64,000 bases of DNA from Owenia fusiformis (GCA_903813345.2 CAIIXF020000001.1:32922001-32986000); one strand, 5' to 3'; positions 1 to 12,419 are shown, numbered from the stretch's first letter. Notes: generated by a model from the sequence alone, not told the origin. Program-made: numbers and translations.

Positions 1-611
1 GGAAGTTGCGATTTATAGTGGATAAAATGGTAAAAATAACCTTTTTCTGGCTATACTGTACGTGATTGCCTGGTCTTACACCTTCTCTGGTGAACCAGAG
101 ACATATATTTTCGATATATGCATGAACATCAAACAAACAAACATTTTCTTTTCAAAGTCGATGTTTGAACCTTTAAAAAGCCAAATTTAGACTGAGGATT
201 GAAAACATTCTTTTATTTGTCTCGGTAGACCGGAAGTAAATTGATGAGTCGAACAAAAAGTGATAATGTTTTTTTATGAAGTGGGGAAGTCAAAACAGTA
301 CTAATAGAAGTCATAGTAAGCATTAGAAGATCATTTAAAACCATATAAATCAAATCAACGGCAAAGTTAGTTGAAATGACTGAAATCTTTATATGTTATC
401 TTCTTCATCTTCGCGGACCTCAGAGAAGACACTTCCGGTTTAATAATCAGTGATTTTATCGATCAAAAAAAATTTCTCTTTGAATTTGTCCGATATCTGC
501 TAATATGGTATGTATATTTGTGCTGATTGTTAAATTACAAAATAGGTTGGGTATAGAATATGTCAAAGTCGTTTGATCTTGTCCCAGAAGCAATATTTCG
601 TCATTTCTGTC

Positions 612-768
612 GCCTGGAATTCCTAAAGGCTCTTTAGCAGAATTGGCTATCAAAATGCTAAAGAGCCTTAAAATTTAAGGCTCTTTAGCCGAAATGCTAA
701 AGAACCTTAAAATTTAAGGCTCTTTAGCATTTTGGCTAGAGAGCCTTAAATTTTAAGGCTCTCCAGGC
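612..768. mobile_element. Small foldback/MITE built from alternating inverted copies of TTAAGGCTCTTTAGC
   Basis: GCCTGGA...TCCAGGC ends; internal hairpins such as GCTAAAGAGCCTTAAAATTTAAGGCTCTTTAGC occur about three times. Confidence 0.6.
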
Positions 769-975
769 ACGGCCTTTTTCAAAAATGTTGTTTGGAACCC
801 AAAGCCAAAGTACAAAATATTATTGACCTTCCTATAATTAGAACTAGATCTACAAAAGAAATTCACATATACATTGTTACACTTTACAAATCATTAAATT
901 GAAATTTTATAGTAACAATCTAGGTGAAAGGTTCAATTTTTAGCCAACGTTTTCCAACGTGCTTACCCTATTGTA

Positions 976-1055
976 AAATGGCGCAGAGAGGACGGTCACG
1001 TGACAGTTCACAACGTGGTAGGAATTTCCCTATTAGTTTGGCGTCATTTCCGGGG
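976..1055 (+). promoter_or_regulatory. Putative TTC32 proximal promoter
   Basis: Within ~95 nt of the ATG: AAAATGGCG (YY1-like, ~976), GTCACGTGAC (palindromic E-box/CLEAR-like, ~995), GGAATTTCCC (kB-like, 1021) and TTCCGG (ETS-like, ~1048). Motif matches only. Confidence 0.5.
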
Positions 1056-1069
1056 TATCCCAACTGAAT

Positions 1070-1206
1070 ATGGAGAAAAAGAAAAATTGTGAAATTCTAT
1101 TTTCAAATGCTCAGAAAGATGAATCGATTGATAATTACACTGAGTACATAGTTGCAGCATGTGAACAGCTTAAAACTTACAATTCAAAAGAGGAAATTAA
1201 ACTTTT
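1070..1206 (+). CDS. TTC32: TTC32-like exon 1 (MEKKKNCEILFSNAQKDESIDNYTEYIVAACEQLKTYNSKEEIKL)
   Basis: ATG at 1070, open frame to a GTAAGT donor at 1207; phase 2 joins exon 2 in frame. Confidence 0.7.
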
Positions 1207-1218
1207 GTAAGTACAAAC

Positions 1219-3072
1219 TTACTTCGGTCCAAAGCCTTCTCTATATTCCGGCTTTGAGGAGGAAGATTGAGCTGCCTTAGTATTATAAATATTGTAAATC
1301 ATTGTGTCACACGCACAGTAAATATGGCATAATAATATGAAATATACATTTATGTATAGATTTGAAGAACATCAGCTCACATCCCCGTCTGAATCTATTG
1401 TTATATTTGATTTCTTTAAGCGAGAATAATTTCAAATGTTATTCACGTCCAGAACCGGAAGCCATTTTTAGCTACAGCGAGAAAATTTCACCATCTGTCA
1501 AAACTCCAAAATGAAATTTTGAAATATCTAAATCCAGACAAGCAACGCTTCATCCTAAATATGATTAATATTCTTAAAAATATTTATAAAATTTATTTAA
1601 AATGAGTTCTAGGTGCGTGTTAGTTCAACGTCGTTAAACTCAATAACGGCGTTATTTACTATTAAGAATTTTCTTGGGGCCATTATTGAGTTTAACCTCT
1701 TTACTATTCTTTCCATTGATGCAAGTTTTGGATCCACCGAAACCATTTTTCCGCGATAACATGCAACTGATACTTGACAACAATATAAAAACACATAACA
1801 TCAAGCGATTCAACACAATATTATTGTATTAAATGGTCATTTATACAAGTAAAATGAGGTTAAACTTACCAATCTCTAAAATGACATTTCCGCATGTCTG
1901 TCATTGTGTCTGTTCGTCCCGGGTTAAAATTTAAACTATTGAAACGAAATTGTTGTCAAATAGATTGATAATTATCACGCGATTACTCGGGATAAAATAA
2001 CCATTTTTGAGGATAGCAGGTATCTTTGATTGATTTATATAGCGCTTGTATACACACAAAATCGTTATTAATTGCAAACCTACTGTTCGTTGATGCAGTG
2101 TCGCAATGACGGTTAATTCCTGATACGATTTGCAATTTCGATGTTACCGGAGCTGACCGATATTTTCGTAAAATTCCAAACCTGTCTCCAATATTTTCGT
2201 AATTATGCATCAATATGGTCTAAGGGGGGTACGGGATGGTGTGTATGTATTTATAAGGTATGTATGCATGCTTGAATCACATTCTTTATGTAATATTACC
2301 ATGTTTTCGGAGTTTAATTAGTTCCGCATGTCGAAACCTGCTGAACGATTAAATGATCGCATCAAGGGCAAAATCATCATGGAAGTTAGACCTAGCCGGG
2401 GCCATAAGACATGTCAGATAAGAAACAAGGCCCAGGCTAGGTCTAATGTTGTTGGACTAGGTGCGTGTAGGTGCGTAGCACATTACACACGAAATCAATG
2501 AAGTTTCGTCTAGCTGTAAGCTAGAGACTCGAGTAAGTACAAACTAGTTTGAAACACAGGAACCTTTACTATCAACACCTGACAGAGACACTAGAGTCTT
2601 ACTCGAGTCTCTAGCTTACAGCTAGACGTAACTTAATTGATATCGTATGTACTGTGCTACACGCACCTACACGCACCTAGAATTCATTTTTAATAAATTT
2701 TATAAATATTTCTAAGAATATTGATCATATTTAGGGATGAAGCGTTGCTTGTCTGGATTAAGATATTTCAAAATTTCATTTCGGAGTTTGACACATGGTG
2801 GAATTTTCTCGCTGTAGCTAAAAATGGCTTCCGGTTCTGGACGTGAATTCAATATTTGAAATTATTCTCGCTTAAAGAAATCAAATATAACAATAGATTC
2901 AGACGGGGATGTGAGCTGATGTTCTTCAAATCTATACATAAAGGTATATTTCATATTATTATGCCATATTTACTGTGCGTGTGACACAATGATTTACAAT
3001 ATTTATAATACTAAGGCAGCTCAATCTTCCTCCTCAAAGCCGGAATATAGAGAAGGCTTTGGACCGAAGTAA
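1219..3072. mobile_element. ~1-kb palindromic (foldback) element whose left arm is split by an insertion
   Basis: 1219-1620 is the near-exact reverse complement of 2669-3072; ~2469-2537 pairs with ~2598-2668 around a ~60-nt loop. Confidence 0.85.
1621..2459. mobile_element. Academ-like non-autonomous element (TAG...CTA) with 9-bp TSD GGTGCGTGT
   Basis: Imperfect TIR TAGTTCAACGTCGTTAAAC / GTCTAATGTTGTTGGACTA; GGTGCGTGT at 1612-1620 and 2460-2468; removing it restores the host palindrome. Confidence 0.65.
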
Positions 3073-3073
3073 C

Positions 3074-3876
3074 TAGAGTCCATTTCACTGCTTCAGTTCG
3101 TCAGTAGAACGGCAAAAATAAGAAATTGGGAGACTATTGTGCAATAATATATGGAAAAGTATATTCATAATGTACATGAATGACATTTGTATATTTCAGA
3201 TTTTTTAGTTTTTTGTGCAATAAGCCTGTGCCGTCTTGTAATTTGAAGAATTTCAGCCATGTTAAGGTTCAGCTGGAAAGAAACATTATGGTAAAAAATT
3301 GCTATACCTGCACATGTTATTTTCTGGTACATAATTAAGTATGAAGGCGTGTGTGTATTTCCTTGCTTTTTTCAGGAAAGTATCATTACACTGTTTACTT
3401 TTAGTAAACCTGGAAACAGGTCAATGGTAGCTCCTGTGTTGTCTGGAAACTTTGAAAGAAAATTTGGAAAAACAGGAAGTGTGAAATATCAGAATTCCCT
3501 GGAGTTCCCTTTGAACGCCTACCAGATATTCTAAAAGAAGACAATGTAATGATACTTTCCTGAAAAAAGCAAGGAAATTGATACATGCCTTCATACTTTA
3601 TTTTGTACCAGAAAATAACATGTGCAGGTATAGCAATTTTTTACCAAAATGTTACTTTCCAGCTGTACCTTAATCTTAATGAAAATAACATGGCAGAGAA
3701 ACATCCAAATATAAGAGGCCACACACTTTATAAGCCAAACTAGAAGCAATCCAAGATATACAAATGTCATTCGTGTACATTATGAATATACTTTTCCATA
3801 TATTATTGCACAATGGTCTCCCAATTTCTTATTTTTGCCGTTCTACTGACGAACTGAAGCAGTGAAATGGACTTTA
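3074..3876. mobile_element. Palindromic element with ~120-bp near-perfect TIRs (TAGAGTCCATTTCACTGC...)
   Basis: 3074-3192 is the reverse complement of ~3758-3876. Confidence 0.85.
3266..3669. mobile_element. Kolobok-like palindromic MITE with TTAA TSD, nested in the previous element
   Basis: TTAA|GGTTCAGCTGGAAAG...CTTTCCAGCTGTACC|TTAA; the arms pair almost to the centre; related copy at 38107-38477. Confidence 0.75.
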
Positions 3877-3884
3877 GGCTAGAT

Positions 3885-4226
3885 TAGTTCAACAAGTTAA
3901 ACCTTACTTCCTGCGAAAGCTATTTGGGTTTCAAAATCTAACATGGCTCTCGAAGTGAGTAAGTTAAACCTAGTCTGGGCCTTATTTCTTATCTGACATT
4001 TCTTGTGGTCCGCCCTAGGTTTAACATCCGTGCCTATTCGGCCCTTGATGCAAAAAATTATAATGATGGCCTATGGCAGCGCATGGAATTCTATGCGCAT
4101 TTTATTAATAATAGTGAGAATTTGCAACCAATGAAAGCATAGCATGGAAGTTAAACCCAACCACGGCAACAAGAACACTCAGATTATAAATGAAAGCCGT
4201 GGTATTGGGTTTAACTTGTTGAACTA
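3885..4226. mobile_element. Academ-like MITE (TAG...CTA) with 4-bp TSD AGAT
   Basis: Perfect TIR TAGTTCAACAAGTTAAACC; AGAT on both sides; shares a ~90-bp subterminal unit with 2359-2447. Confidence 0.75.
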
Positions 4227-4288
4227 AGATAACACCTGACAATGGCATCTATTGGTGACAGAACCCTGTGAATATACAAGGAAAGTAA

Positions 4289-5702
4289 GGGTTTGTGTAA
4301 AAAACCGTTCCTAGCAGGGTTACCAACTTTAAAAGTTCCACATTTCCCCCGATTGTAGTAGCGAATTGACTTGACAGACTTAGCCTACTGAGTGCACTGC
4401 TGTTCGATATTTTTTACCCTATACGAGACAGAGCACTTTTTAAAATAATCGATCCAGCAAACAGTGACGTCCATGTCACGTTGCTCATAAGTACCGGATT
4501 TTCTCGCATATAAGTTCCTAGAAGACGTTGCACATTTTCTTTCTTTACACATCGAGGCAATGTAAACATGAGACATCTATTGATGGTATAAAAAAGAACG
4601 TTGTTGTAACGTGTCCGTAAAGTTCGTTAGTGTGGAAAACATAACATACCGGATTTTCTCGCATATTAGCCCTGGGCGTATAACTGAAAGAAGGGGTAAT
4701 TTCAACTGTTATTTTACCTCTTATTTTTCGCCCATGAGCGTATAAGTGTACTACTTTCGATTTTTGGCCCAGTGGGCGTAAAGGTGAGAAGAGCTGATGA
4801 ATACAATGGACTACCGTACCTACTGTTGTAGTCCTACCGCATGTTTTGTAAGAATTATAAAGGAAATGTCACTTACAACCTTGGACTTAATGTTGAAACA
4901 AAGTAACAACAGAACGATCCACCACTGCCACTTACAGGACAGCGTTGAACTAATGTTGAAACAAAGTAACGACAGAACCAGTGACAAAATACTCTTGAAT
5001 TTATTGAAAAAATCAATAAATAATCATTTTTTATAGGCCCATGGGCGTATAAGCGTACTACATTCGATTTTTGGCCCATGGGCCTAAATTGAGGGGGGCG
5101 TATATGCGAGAAAATCCGGAACGTTTGATTTTTTACTACATTGGTCCATATGTGACGTAACTCAAACGTTAAATTCAACGTTGTCAAAACAGGCCTTTAA
5201 TATCAAAATATTTGTTGGTGGAAAAAAAACATTACAAAAACTTTGTGTTCTCACTAAGTCGGTTCATTTCCGACGTATTGTTAACGTTAAGATTTAACGT
5301 TGTTGAAACGTTTTTTCGATTTGAAATAACCTCAAAACATGACGACCATAATGACGTTCATGGACCGTATTGATCTGACGTTACTTAAATATTAAGCAAA
5401 ACGTCGATGGATGGTTGAATTTCAACATTGTGGAAATGGCTTCAAAATATTTGTAAGTTAAAGAAACGTTACAAAGATGTCAATATGTTCTTAATAAATC
5501 AGTTCATATTACCCACGTTATTTTAACGTTAAAAGTAAACGTTGTCAAAACGTTCCTACGATGTGAAATAACCTCAAAACGTGACGTCGAAAATAACGTA
5601 CATGTATTGTCTGGATCCAACGTTATAAATAAAAAAATTCCTAACCCTGCTAGGAACGTTAAGTACCCGGTTACCCGGTCACCCGGTTTTTTACACAAAC
5701 CC
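4289..5702. mobile_element. TIR element (GGGTTTGTGTAAAAAACCG), possibly MULE-like, with ~120-bp AACGTT-rich degenerate repeats
   Basis: 19-bp perfect TIR plus an inner inverted pair GTTCCTAGCAGGGTTA / TAACCCTGCTAGGAAC; no clean TSD. Confidence 0.65.
4649..5119. mobile_element. pogo/Tc1-mariner-like MITE
   Basis: TA|CCGGATTTTCTCGCATAT...ATATGCGAGAAAATCCGG; an extra TIR copy at ~4492. Confidence 0.65.
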
Positions 5703-5764
5703 CAGGAAAACCGCCTGTCTGAAAGTTTTTTGATGGTGTGATCTCATTCACATCATGTGCCTTG

Positions 5765-6766
5765 TTAGCTCACATGGTGAGCTTTTGCAATCGCTCACTT
5801 GTCCGTCTGTCTGTCTGTCCGTCCGTCCGTCCGTCCGTCCGTCCATTTTTTGTCTCGCAAAATTCACTTTTGACCCATTTCCTAGCTTTACAAATAATTT
5901 CAGGTGTCATTGTAAAAATCCATGTCAATGTAAAGAGTAGATATATGAAATAATTTTGTTACAAAAAATCAGCGAAAAATTATATCCATTTTTTTATTTT
6001 CAGCCATTTTAGTTAACATTGATTTGTCCATCTGACTCGCGAAATCCACTTTTCCGTCAACAAAAGTGGCACGTTTTAAACCCTCTGTCGATAGGATTCC
6101 TGTTTTAAGTTAATTTTGTTCAACATCAATACAAAAAACTCTCCTATGACTCTTGGTTCAAAAGCTCGCCTATTTTCAAAATGGTCGCCATTCTTGTTTC
6201 GCGAAATTCACTTTTGGCCCATTTCCTAGCTTTACAAATAATTTCAGCTGTCCTGCATTGTAAAAAGCCATGTCACTGTAAAGAGAGGTTGTATGAAATA
6301 ATTTCGTTACAAAAAATCGGCTAAATATTATATCCGTTTTTTTATTTTCAGCCATTTTAGTTAACATTGATTTGTCCATCTGTCTCTCAGTCAGTCCAAA
6401 ATAGTGGCAAGTTTTAAAACCTCTGTCTGTCAACACTTGGCTCTTTTTAAATCCTCTGTAGATAGGATTCTCAATTTAAAATATTTTTGTTCAACATCAA
6501 TAAAGAAAAAAAAACTGTAACTCCTGCTTCAAAATCTTGCCTATTTTCAAATGGCCACCATTTCAGTCTCGGGAAATGCACTTTTGGCCCATTTCCTAGC
6601 TTTACAAATAAGTTCAGGTGTCCTGCATTGTAAAAAGCCATGTCTTTGTAAAGAGTAGTTGCATGAAATAATTTTGTCACAAAAATCTGCAAAAAAATTA
6701 TATCCGTTTTTATAAAATTTCACTTTTGAGCAACATCATGTGAGCCCAGTACCCACGGTACTAATT
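5765..6766 (+). mobile_element. Helentron-associated interspersed element (HINE), family A
   Basis: TT start, subTIRs GCTCACATG / CATGTGAGC, (GTCC/GTCT)n microsatellite, internal tandem repeats, 3' stem-loop AGTACC-CAC-GGTACT, then a T run; truncated copy at ~11613-12470. Confidence 0.8.
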
Positions 6767-7258
6767 TTTTTTTCATGGAGGGGAGGGTGGTAATAGAATC
6801 TGATAGGGTCCTTTTGTCATTTAAAGTGCGTTTTATTTGATTTCTCACCCTCTGAAAGTTCAATTCTGGTGATAATGGGGGTAAAAGTACTGGGAAATAA
6901 TATGACATAGTTTAATCATGGACTTGAGTCAATGTTTCTTTCGAAACGTATTGCCATATAATTTTACCAGGCAGGATTCAAAAAAATTCCAGGATCAAAA
7001 AAGTAAGAGTCCACGAAGGTAATGTGACGAAAGTAATGTGAATCTGCCAAAGTACACGACAGGATTTTAAAATACCATGGTCTTAAACTGATCATACTGC
7101 AATCATTTTGTTATGCTTGACCAACTGATCCTCATGAAATAATTGTTACCTTTTATTGTGCTTGACTGATTATCCTTAAGGAAGGATGTTTTTCCTTGAT
7201 TGATTATATCTCATTGTGGATAATTTTGAATTGCAATGTCAAGATGCTCTTCTTCCAG

Positions 7259-7416
7259 AAATGAGAGACTAGGGCTAGCCTTCAACAACAGGGGGCTGGC
7301 CAAGTACAAACACGTGGATTTTGAAGATGCTATCAAAGACTATTCTAGTGCCCTTATATATAAACCAAAATGGCCAGTTGCACTGTATAATAGGGGTCTT
7401 ATCCATTATAGGCTAG
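7259..7416 (+). CDS. TTC32: TTC32-like exon 2, TPR repeats (NERLGLAFNNRGLAKYKHVDFEDAIKDYSSALIYKPKWPVALYNRGLIHYRL)
   Basis: CTCTTCTTCCAG acceptor (an in-frame alternative would start at 7244) and GTATGT donor; AxNNRG...YNRGLIxYRLG pattern recognised as TTC32-type TPRs. Confidence 0.9.
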
Positions 7417-7754
7417 GTATGTCGACTCTCACCAACTTGTTAAATGAACTGTTGAAGTCTTTATTTTTGTTTGTTTTTGTGATGCTCTTAATTAACATTT
7501 AAAATGGCAGAAATGGATGGATATAGAAGTAAATATTTTTTTATAATCTTGTCAAAGTCAATGTTTCCCTTATGACCATTATACATGTTATATTAAACAA
7601 TTGACAAATAAAAAAACATCAGACTCCCTTCACTGATCACAAGATAGGATATACATGTATTGTGGGCACTTCAAAAATTGTTCAACAATCCCGACTGATA
7701 ACAACAATATCATGTAGAACTTTTAATTTAAAGAACCAATTGTTTTATTTTCAG

Positions 7755-7873
7755 GGAGATTCAAAAATGCAGCAGTTGACTTGGAAACTGCTTTTGCAAT
7801 AGACCCCAACTTTGCCGATGTGAAGAAATGCCTTGAACATTGTTATAACAGTATCAATGAGGGAAAATGTTGA
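7755..7873 (+). CDS. TTC32: TTC32-like exon 3 with stop (GRFKNAAVDLETAFAIDPNFADVKKCLEHCYNSINEGKC*)
   Basis: TTTTCAG acceptor, phase 1 fits exon 2, completes the TPR helix, TGA at 7871-7873; total CDS 414 nt. Confidence 0.85.
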
Positions 7874-8855
7874 TGCTGCAAGGTCTACTTCTGGACAGAA
7901 TTCCAGTAATGGTTAACAGATACTGTATTTGTCTTTAATTTGGCAAGCGTTTTAAAGGATGAGTGGCTTTAAGACCCTATAATTAGGCCCCAAGATATTT
8001 AGAAAAATTGTACAGGATATCAAAGAAGAGACTTTGTTTGACAACCAGATCCAAAAATTAGGTCATTCTGACATTTATATTTCAAAATATAGGTCATTCT
8101 ATTAACTTGTATAAAATGACATTTTCAAGGAAAAATCACTTTTTTCACATCATTATTGTCAATGTTTCTATTTATTATCAAAGTAATCATTATTTTCAGT
8201 CATTTAAGACTTTAATTGATCCTGTTGCCATTATCTTACATAATAGTGACAAAGCATATTGGGCAACATTCGAAAACATATAAAATATAACAAGTCAAAA
8301 ATACAAACAAAATATTGAATAGTGATCTTCTTTATACTTCATTTAGAACAATTGTCTACAAAAAAGTTTGCGAAACTATGTCAGAAAAGAATATTGTGTT
8401 TTTTTTAATTTACATCACAATGAGAAAGAACAAGGGGCAACATTTAAAAACACATGAAGTAATTAACAAGTCAAAAATGCATATCAATCAATTATATATT
8501 GATCTGCTTCCTTAGATCATTTGCACATATACGTATATGCAGTTTGTGGCAGTAAAATACTAAATTTATTATTTCACATCAAAGTGAGGACAAAGAGCAA
8601 CATTTGTAAACGAATGGACTTTACATAACTGTTGATGAGCACATTCATGTGTTTGTTCATTATAATAAGAGATTCTCTGAGCTATCATCATCTTCTTCAG
8701 ATGACAACATTTCATACATATCTTTTGATTTTAAAATGTCAAACTTCTGTATTTCTTTTTGCTTTTATACCCCTTGTGCCTAAAACCCTACTCCCAACAA
8801 GGCATGTACAACACCATCCAGTGATTGCATCAATACTATTACATACATCTGGATC

Positions 8856-10370
8856 CATGTATATCCAAAATTATGGCATATTCTATACTTTCTATACTTT
8901 CGAACTGCTTTTTTTTAAATGATACTTTTTTCAGTCTTAGACGATTGAATTCTCTAAAGTCTATACATGTCTATACTTTCTATACTGTCTATACTTTTGA
9001 TTTTGGTGAATTCCCTATGTCTTTACTTTCGATACTTTCTATACTTAACATTTTGGTGAAATCCCTATGTCTATACTTTCTATACATTGTAAAACAATAT
9101 GAGACGTCATAAGTTTCTTGGTCACTTTCGATTTTGGTAAAATTGCCTCAGTGTATTGTAAAACAATATGTGACGTCATAATTCTTAGTCTAAGAGAGAC
9201 TTTCAAACATGGTTTGTACACGTATCTGAATAAAAATTTGTGTTTTAAGGCATACTTTGTGTTTTAATAGTCAATTTCCTTGTATTATATTCCATGAGCA
9301 GTTCGAAAGTATAGAAAATATAGAAATATAGATTTGTCTGAGGCAGTTGGTCTGAAAAAGCAGTTCGAAAGTATAGAAACTATAGACATCTGATTTGTCA
9401 AAGACAGTTTTGTGAAAAGCAGATAAAAAGTATAAAAAGTATAGAAACTATAGACATCTGATTTGTCAAAGACAGTTTTGTGAAAAGCAGATAAAAAGTA
9501 TAAAAAGTATAGAAACTATAGACATCTGATTTGCCGAAGACAGTTATGGGGAAAAGCAGATAGAAAGTAAAGAAACTATAGACATCTGATTTGTCGAAGA
9601 CAGTTATTGGGAAAAGCAGATCGAAAGTATAGAAAGTATAGAAACTATAGACATTTGATTTGTCTAAGACATTTCTGGGAAAAAGCAGATCGAATGCATC
9701 TGATATGTCGAATACAGTTCTGGGAAATATCAGATAGAAAGTATAGATTAAGAAACTATAGACATCTAATTTGTCAAAGACAGTTTTGTGAAAAGCAGAT
9801 AGAAAGTATAGACATCTGATATGTCGAAGACAGTTCTGGGAAATAGCAGATAGAAAGTATAGAAAGTATAGAAACTATAGACATCTGATTTGTCTAAGAC
9901 AGTTATGGGGAAAAGCAGATCGAAAGTATAGAAAGTATAGAAACTATAGACATCTCATTTGTAGAAGACAGTTATGGGGAAAAGCAGACAGAAAGTATAG
10001 AACGTATAGACATCTGATTTGTCTAAGACAGTTATGGGGAAAAGCAGATCGAAAGTATAGAAAGTATAGAAACTATAGACATCTGATTTGTAGAAGACAG
10101 TTATGGGGAAAAGCAGATCGAAAGTATAGAAAGTATAGAAACTATAGATTTCTGCTTTGTCAAAGGCAGTTAGTATGAAAGGGCATTTCGAAAGTATAGA
10201 AACTATAGACATCTGATTTGTCAAAGGCAGTTGGTACGAAAAAGCAGTTCGAAAGTATAGAAAGTATAGAAACGTCGAAGGCAGATAGTATGAAAAAGGA
10301 GATCGAAAGTATAGAAAGTATAGACAATGTATAGAAAGTATAGACATTGCCATAATTCTGGATATACCTC
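8856..10370. mobile_element. P-element-like foldback with 8-bp TSD and a ~60-70-bp GAAAGTATA-rich minisatellite
   Basis: TCTGGATC at 8848-8855 and 10371-10378; TIR CATGTATATCCAAAATTATGGCA / TGCCATAATTCTGGATATACCTC; array at ~9300-10340, with inverted motifs in the left arm. Confidence 0.8.
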
Positions 10371-12025
10371 TCTGGATCTGGGTTATACTCCACCCATGTA
10401 TAATGAGATTTAGAGGACACAAACCGATTACTGGACTTTTACACAAATTAGGCCATATGTATCTTTTTTTAACTATGATGGTATATTTCCCATCTACTTG
10501 AAGATGGTCATCTGTGCATCGTTTAAATTGGTTGGCTTGATCTCAAGAGAGTGTACTATGATTTAGATGTAACCCTCTTGTCTCCACACAGGGGGTACTG
10601 GGAGATTGCAGTTCACTCATGCAGTTCCCTTTGCTTTGGGCATTTTATTAGCAAATGTCGTTTTTCTGCCTACTGGTTGTGACTTACAGTATATTTCTTC
10701 TGTACAATAAAGTTGAGCTGGATTTCTAAATATGAACATTGGTATGATCAGCCAGTGAACTGTGATAATATAAAAAAATTATTCATACACAAAACATCAA
10801 GATAAAATGATTGTACAACAATCATCTCATATGAATGTATTGAAAGGAATTGCATGTTATTATGTTGCTTAGAGTCATGGTAAAGATATATGCTTCTCAA
10901 GAGGTCATGATCCAGTGCAAGCATACGAGTACATAATAGTTCATGAAAAGATCATATAAAGAAAATATACTCAAATATATAAAACACAACTGTCACAATC
11001 ATTCTAAGGATTTTCAAAATGGCTTATATCATTTTATTTCATGCTGAAAATTGCAGAAAAGTTCCATTTTTGCACAACACTTGGTCCTTACCTAGATTAT
11101 TACATATCTCAAGATGTACCTTAGAAGTACACCATTCCCTCAATACATATAACTTTCTAGGTAAGAACCAAGCGTTATATGAACAAAGCAAGAGTTTATC
11201 ATGACCTTCCTCTATCTAAAAAGAAGTAGGTCAACACAATTGCAAACATAACTAATCCCCACTCAATGACTATTGAAATATGACTATTTATATGTACAAA
11301 ATATTAATCCAATGAGTGTATAGAGTGACACAATCAAACAATGGGACATCTGCCAAGTTGGGTTAATACATTATGGAGATATTTTCTGAGACTGATAAAA
11401 AATTCACATTTTCACAGGAAGTGATACATACCTCCCAAAACCAAAATATACTTATATCAGTAATCTTGAATGCTTTTTATTGCCATTTCTTGAAAATATA
11501 CATATTTATTTACAATTTGATCCTACATATCAAGGATATTAACGACATTGCATTTTTCAAAAAATGTTAAGTGACCCCAGGGGTGTCTATAGCCATTCGT
11601 TCTTTGACTTTTTAAGCTCACATGGTGAGCTTTTGCAATCACTCACTTGTCTGTCCGTCTGTGCGTCTGTCCATCCGTCAACAATAGTGGCACGTTTTAA
11701 AACCTCTGTCGATAGGATTCCTGTTTTTTCTGTTCAACATCAATACAGAAAACTCCCCTATGACTCCTGGTTCAAAAGCTCGCCTATTTTTGACCAATTT
11801 CCTAGCTTTACAAATAATTTCAGGTGTCCTACATTGTAAAAATCCATGTCAATGTAAAGAGTAGATATATGAAATAATTTTGTTACAAAAAATCAGTGAA
11901 AATTTTTTTTTTATTTTCAGCCATTTTAGTTAACACTGATTTGTCCATCTGACTCGCGAAATCCACTTTTCTGTCAACAACAATGGCACGTTTTAAAACC
12001 TCTGTCGATAGGATTCCTGTTTTAA

Positions 12026-12419
12026 AGGCCGGTTTTAAAGTTGCTAGCAACTCTCATTAAAATATCAGGTTACATCCACACTTTAACATGGCACAGATAG
12101 TCAGGATTAGTAAGTTTAATTTACAGCATTGCTAAATACTTGATTTTGATTGGCTAATCTTGAAGACTTTTAAATTTGAAAAATATTATCAGTGTTTTTA
12201 AATGTCCCATCACAATCCAACAAAATGATGAAGTTGAAATCTAACTGCAGAATATGAAATTAAAAACAGTGAAAGATACACATAACAAAATTGGAACCAA
12301 TACATTTTCTCAATCAATATGAAATATGAGAAAGTTGACCAGCTTTGTGAAAAATTCAAAAATACAGTTATTTTGGCTGTTCCATTTGTCTGCCTCCTAT
12401 TTATACCCCATGTCCCTCT
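12026..12419. mobile_element. TTAA-flanked insertion in HINE family A copy 2
   Basis: Copy 1 (~6095-6115) shows the empty site CCTGTTTTAAGTTA; here TTAA is duplicated around 394 bp. The termini match poorly. Confidence 0.55.

Noticed and set aside
365..440. Possible divergent gene start on - (MKKITYKDFSHFN*) after a CCGGAAGT motif
   Set aside because: It stops after 13 codons with no convincing donor; unsupported as coding.
9607..10446. ORFs of 70-163 aa
   Set aside because: These are translations of the GAAAGTATA minisatellite.
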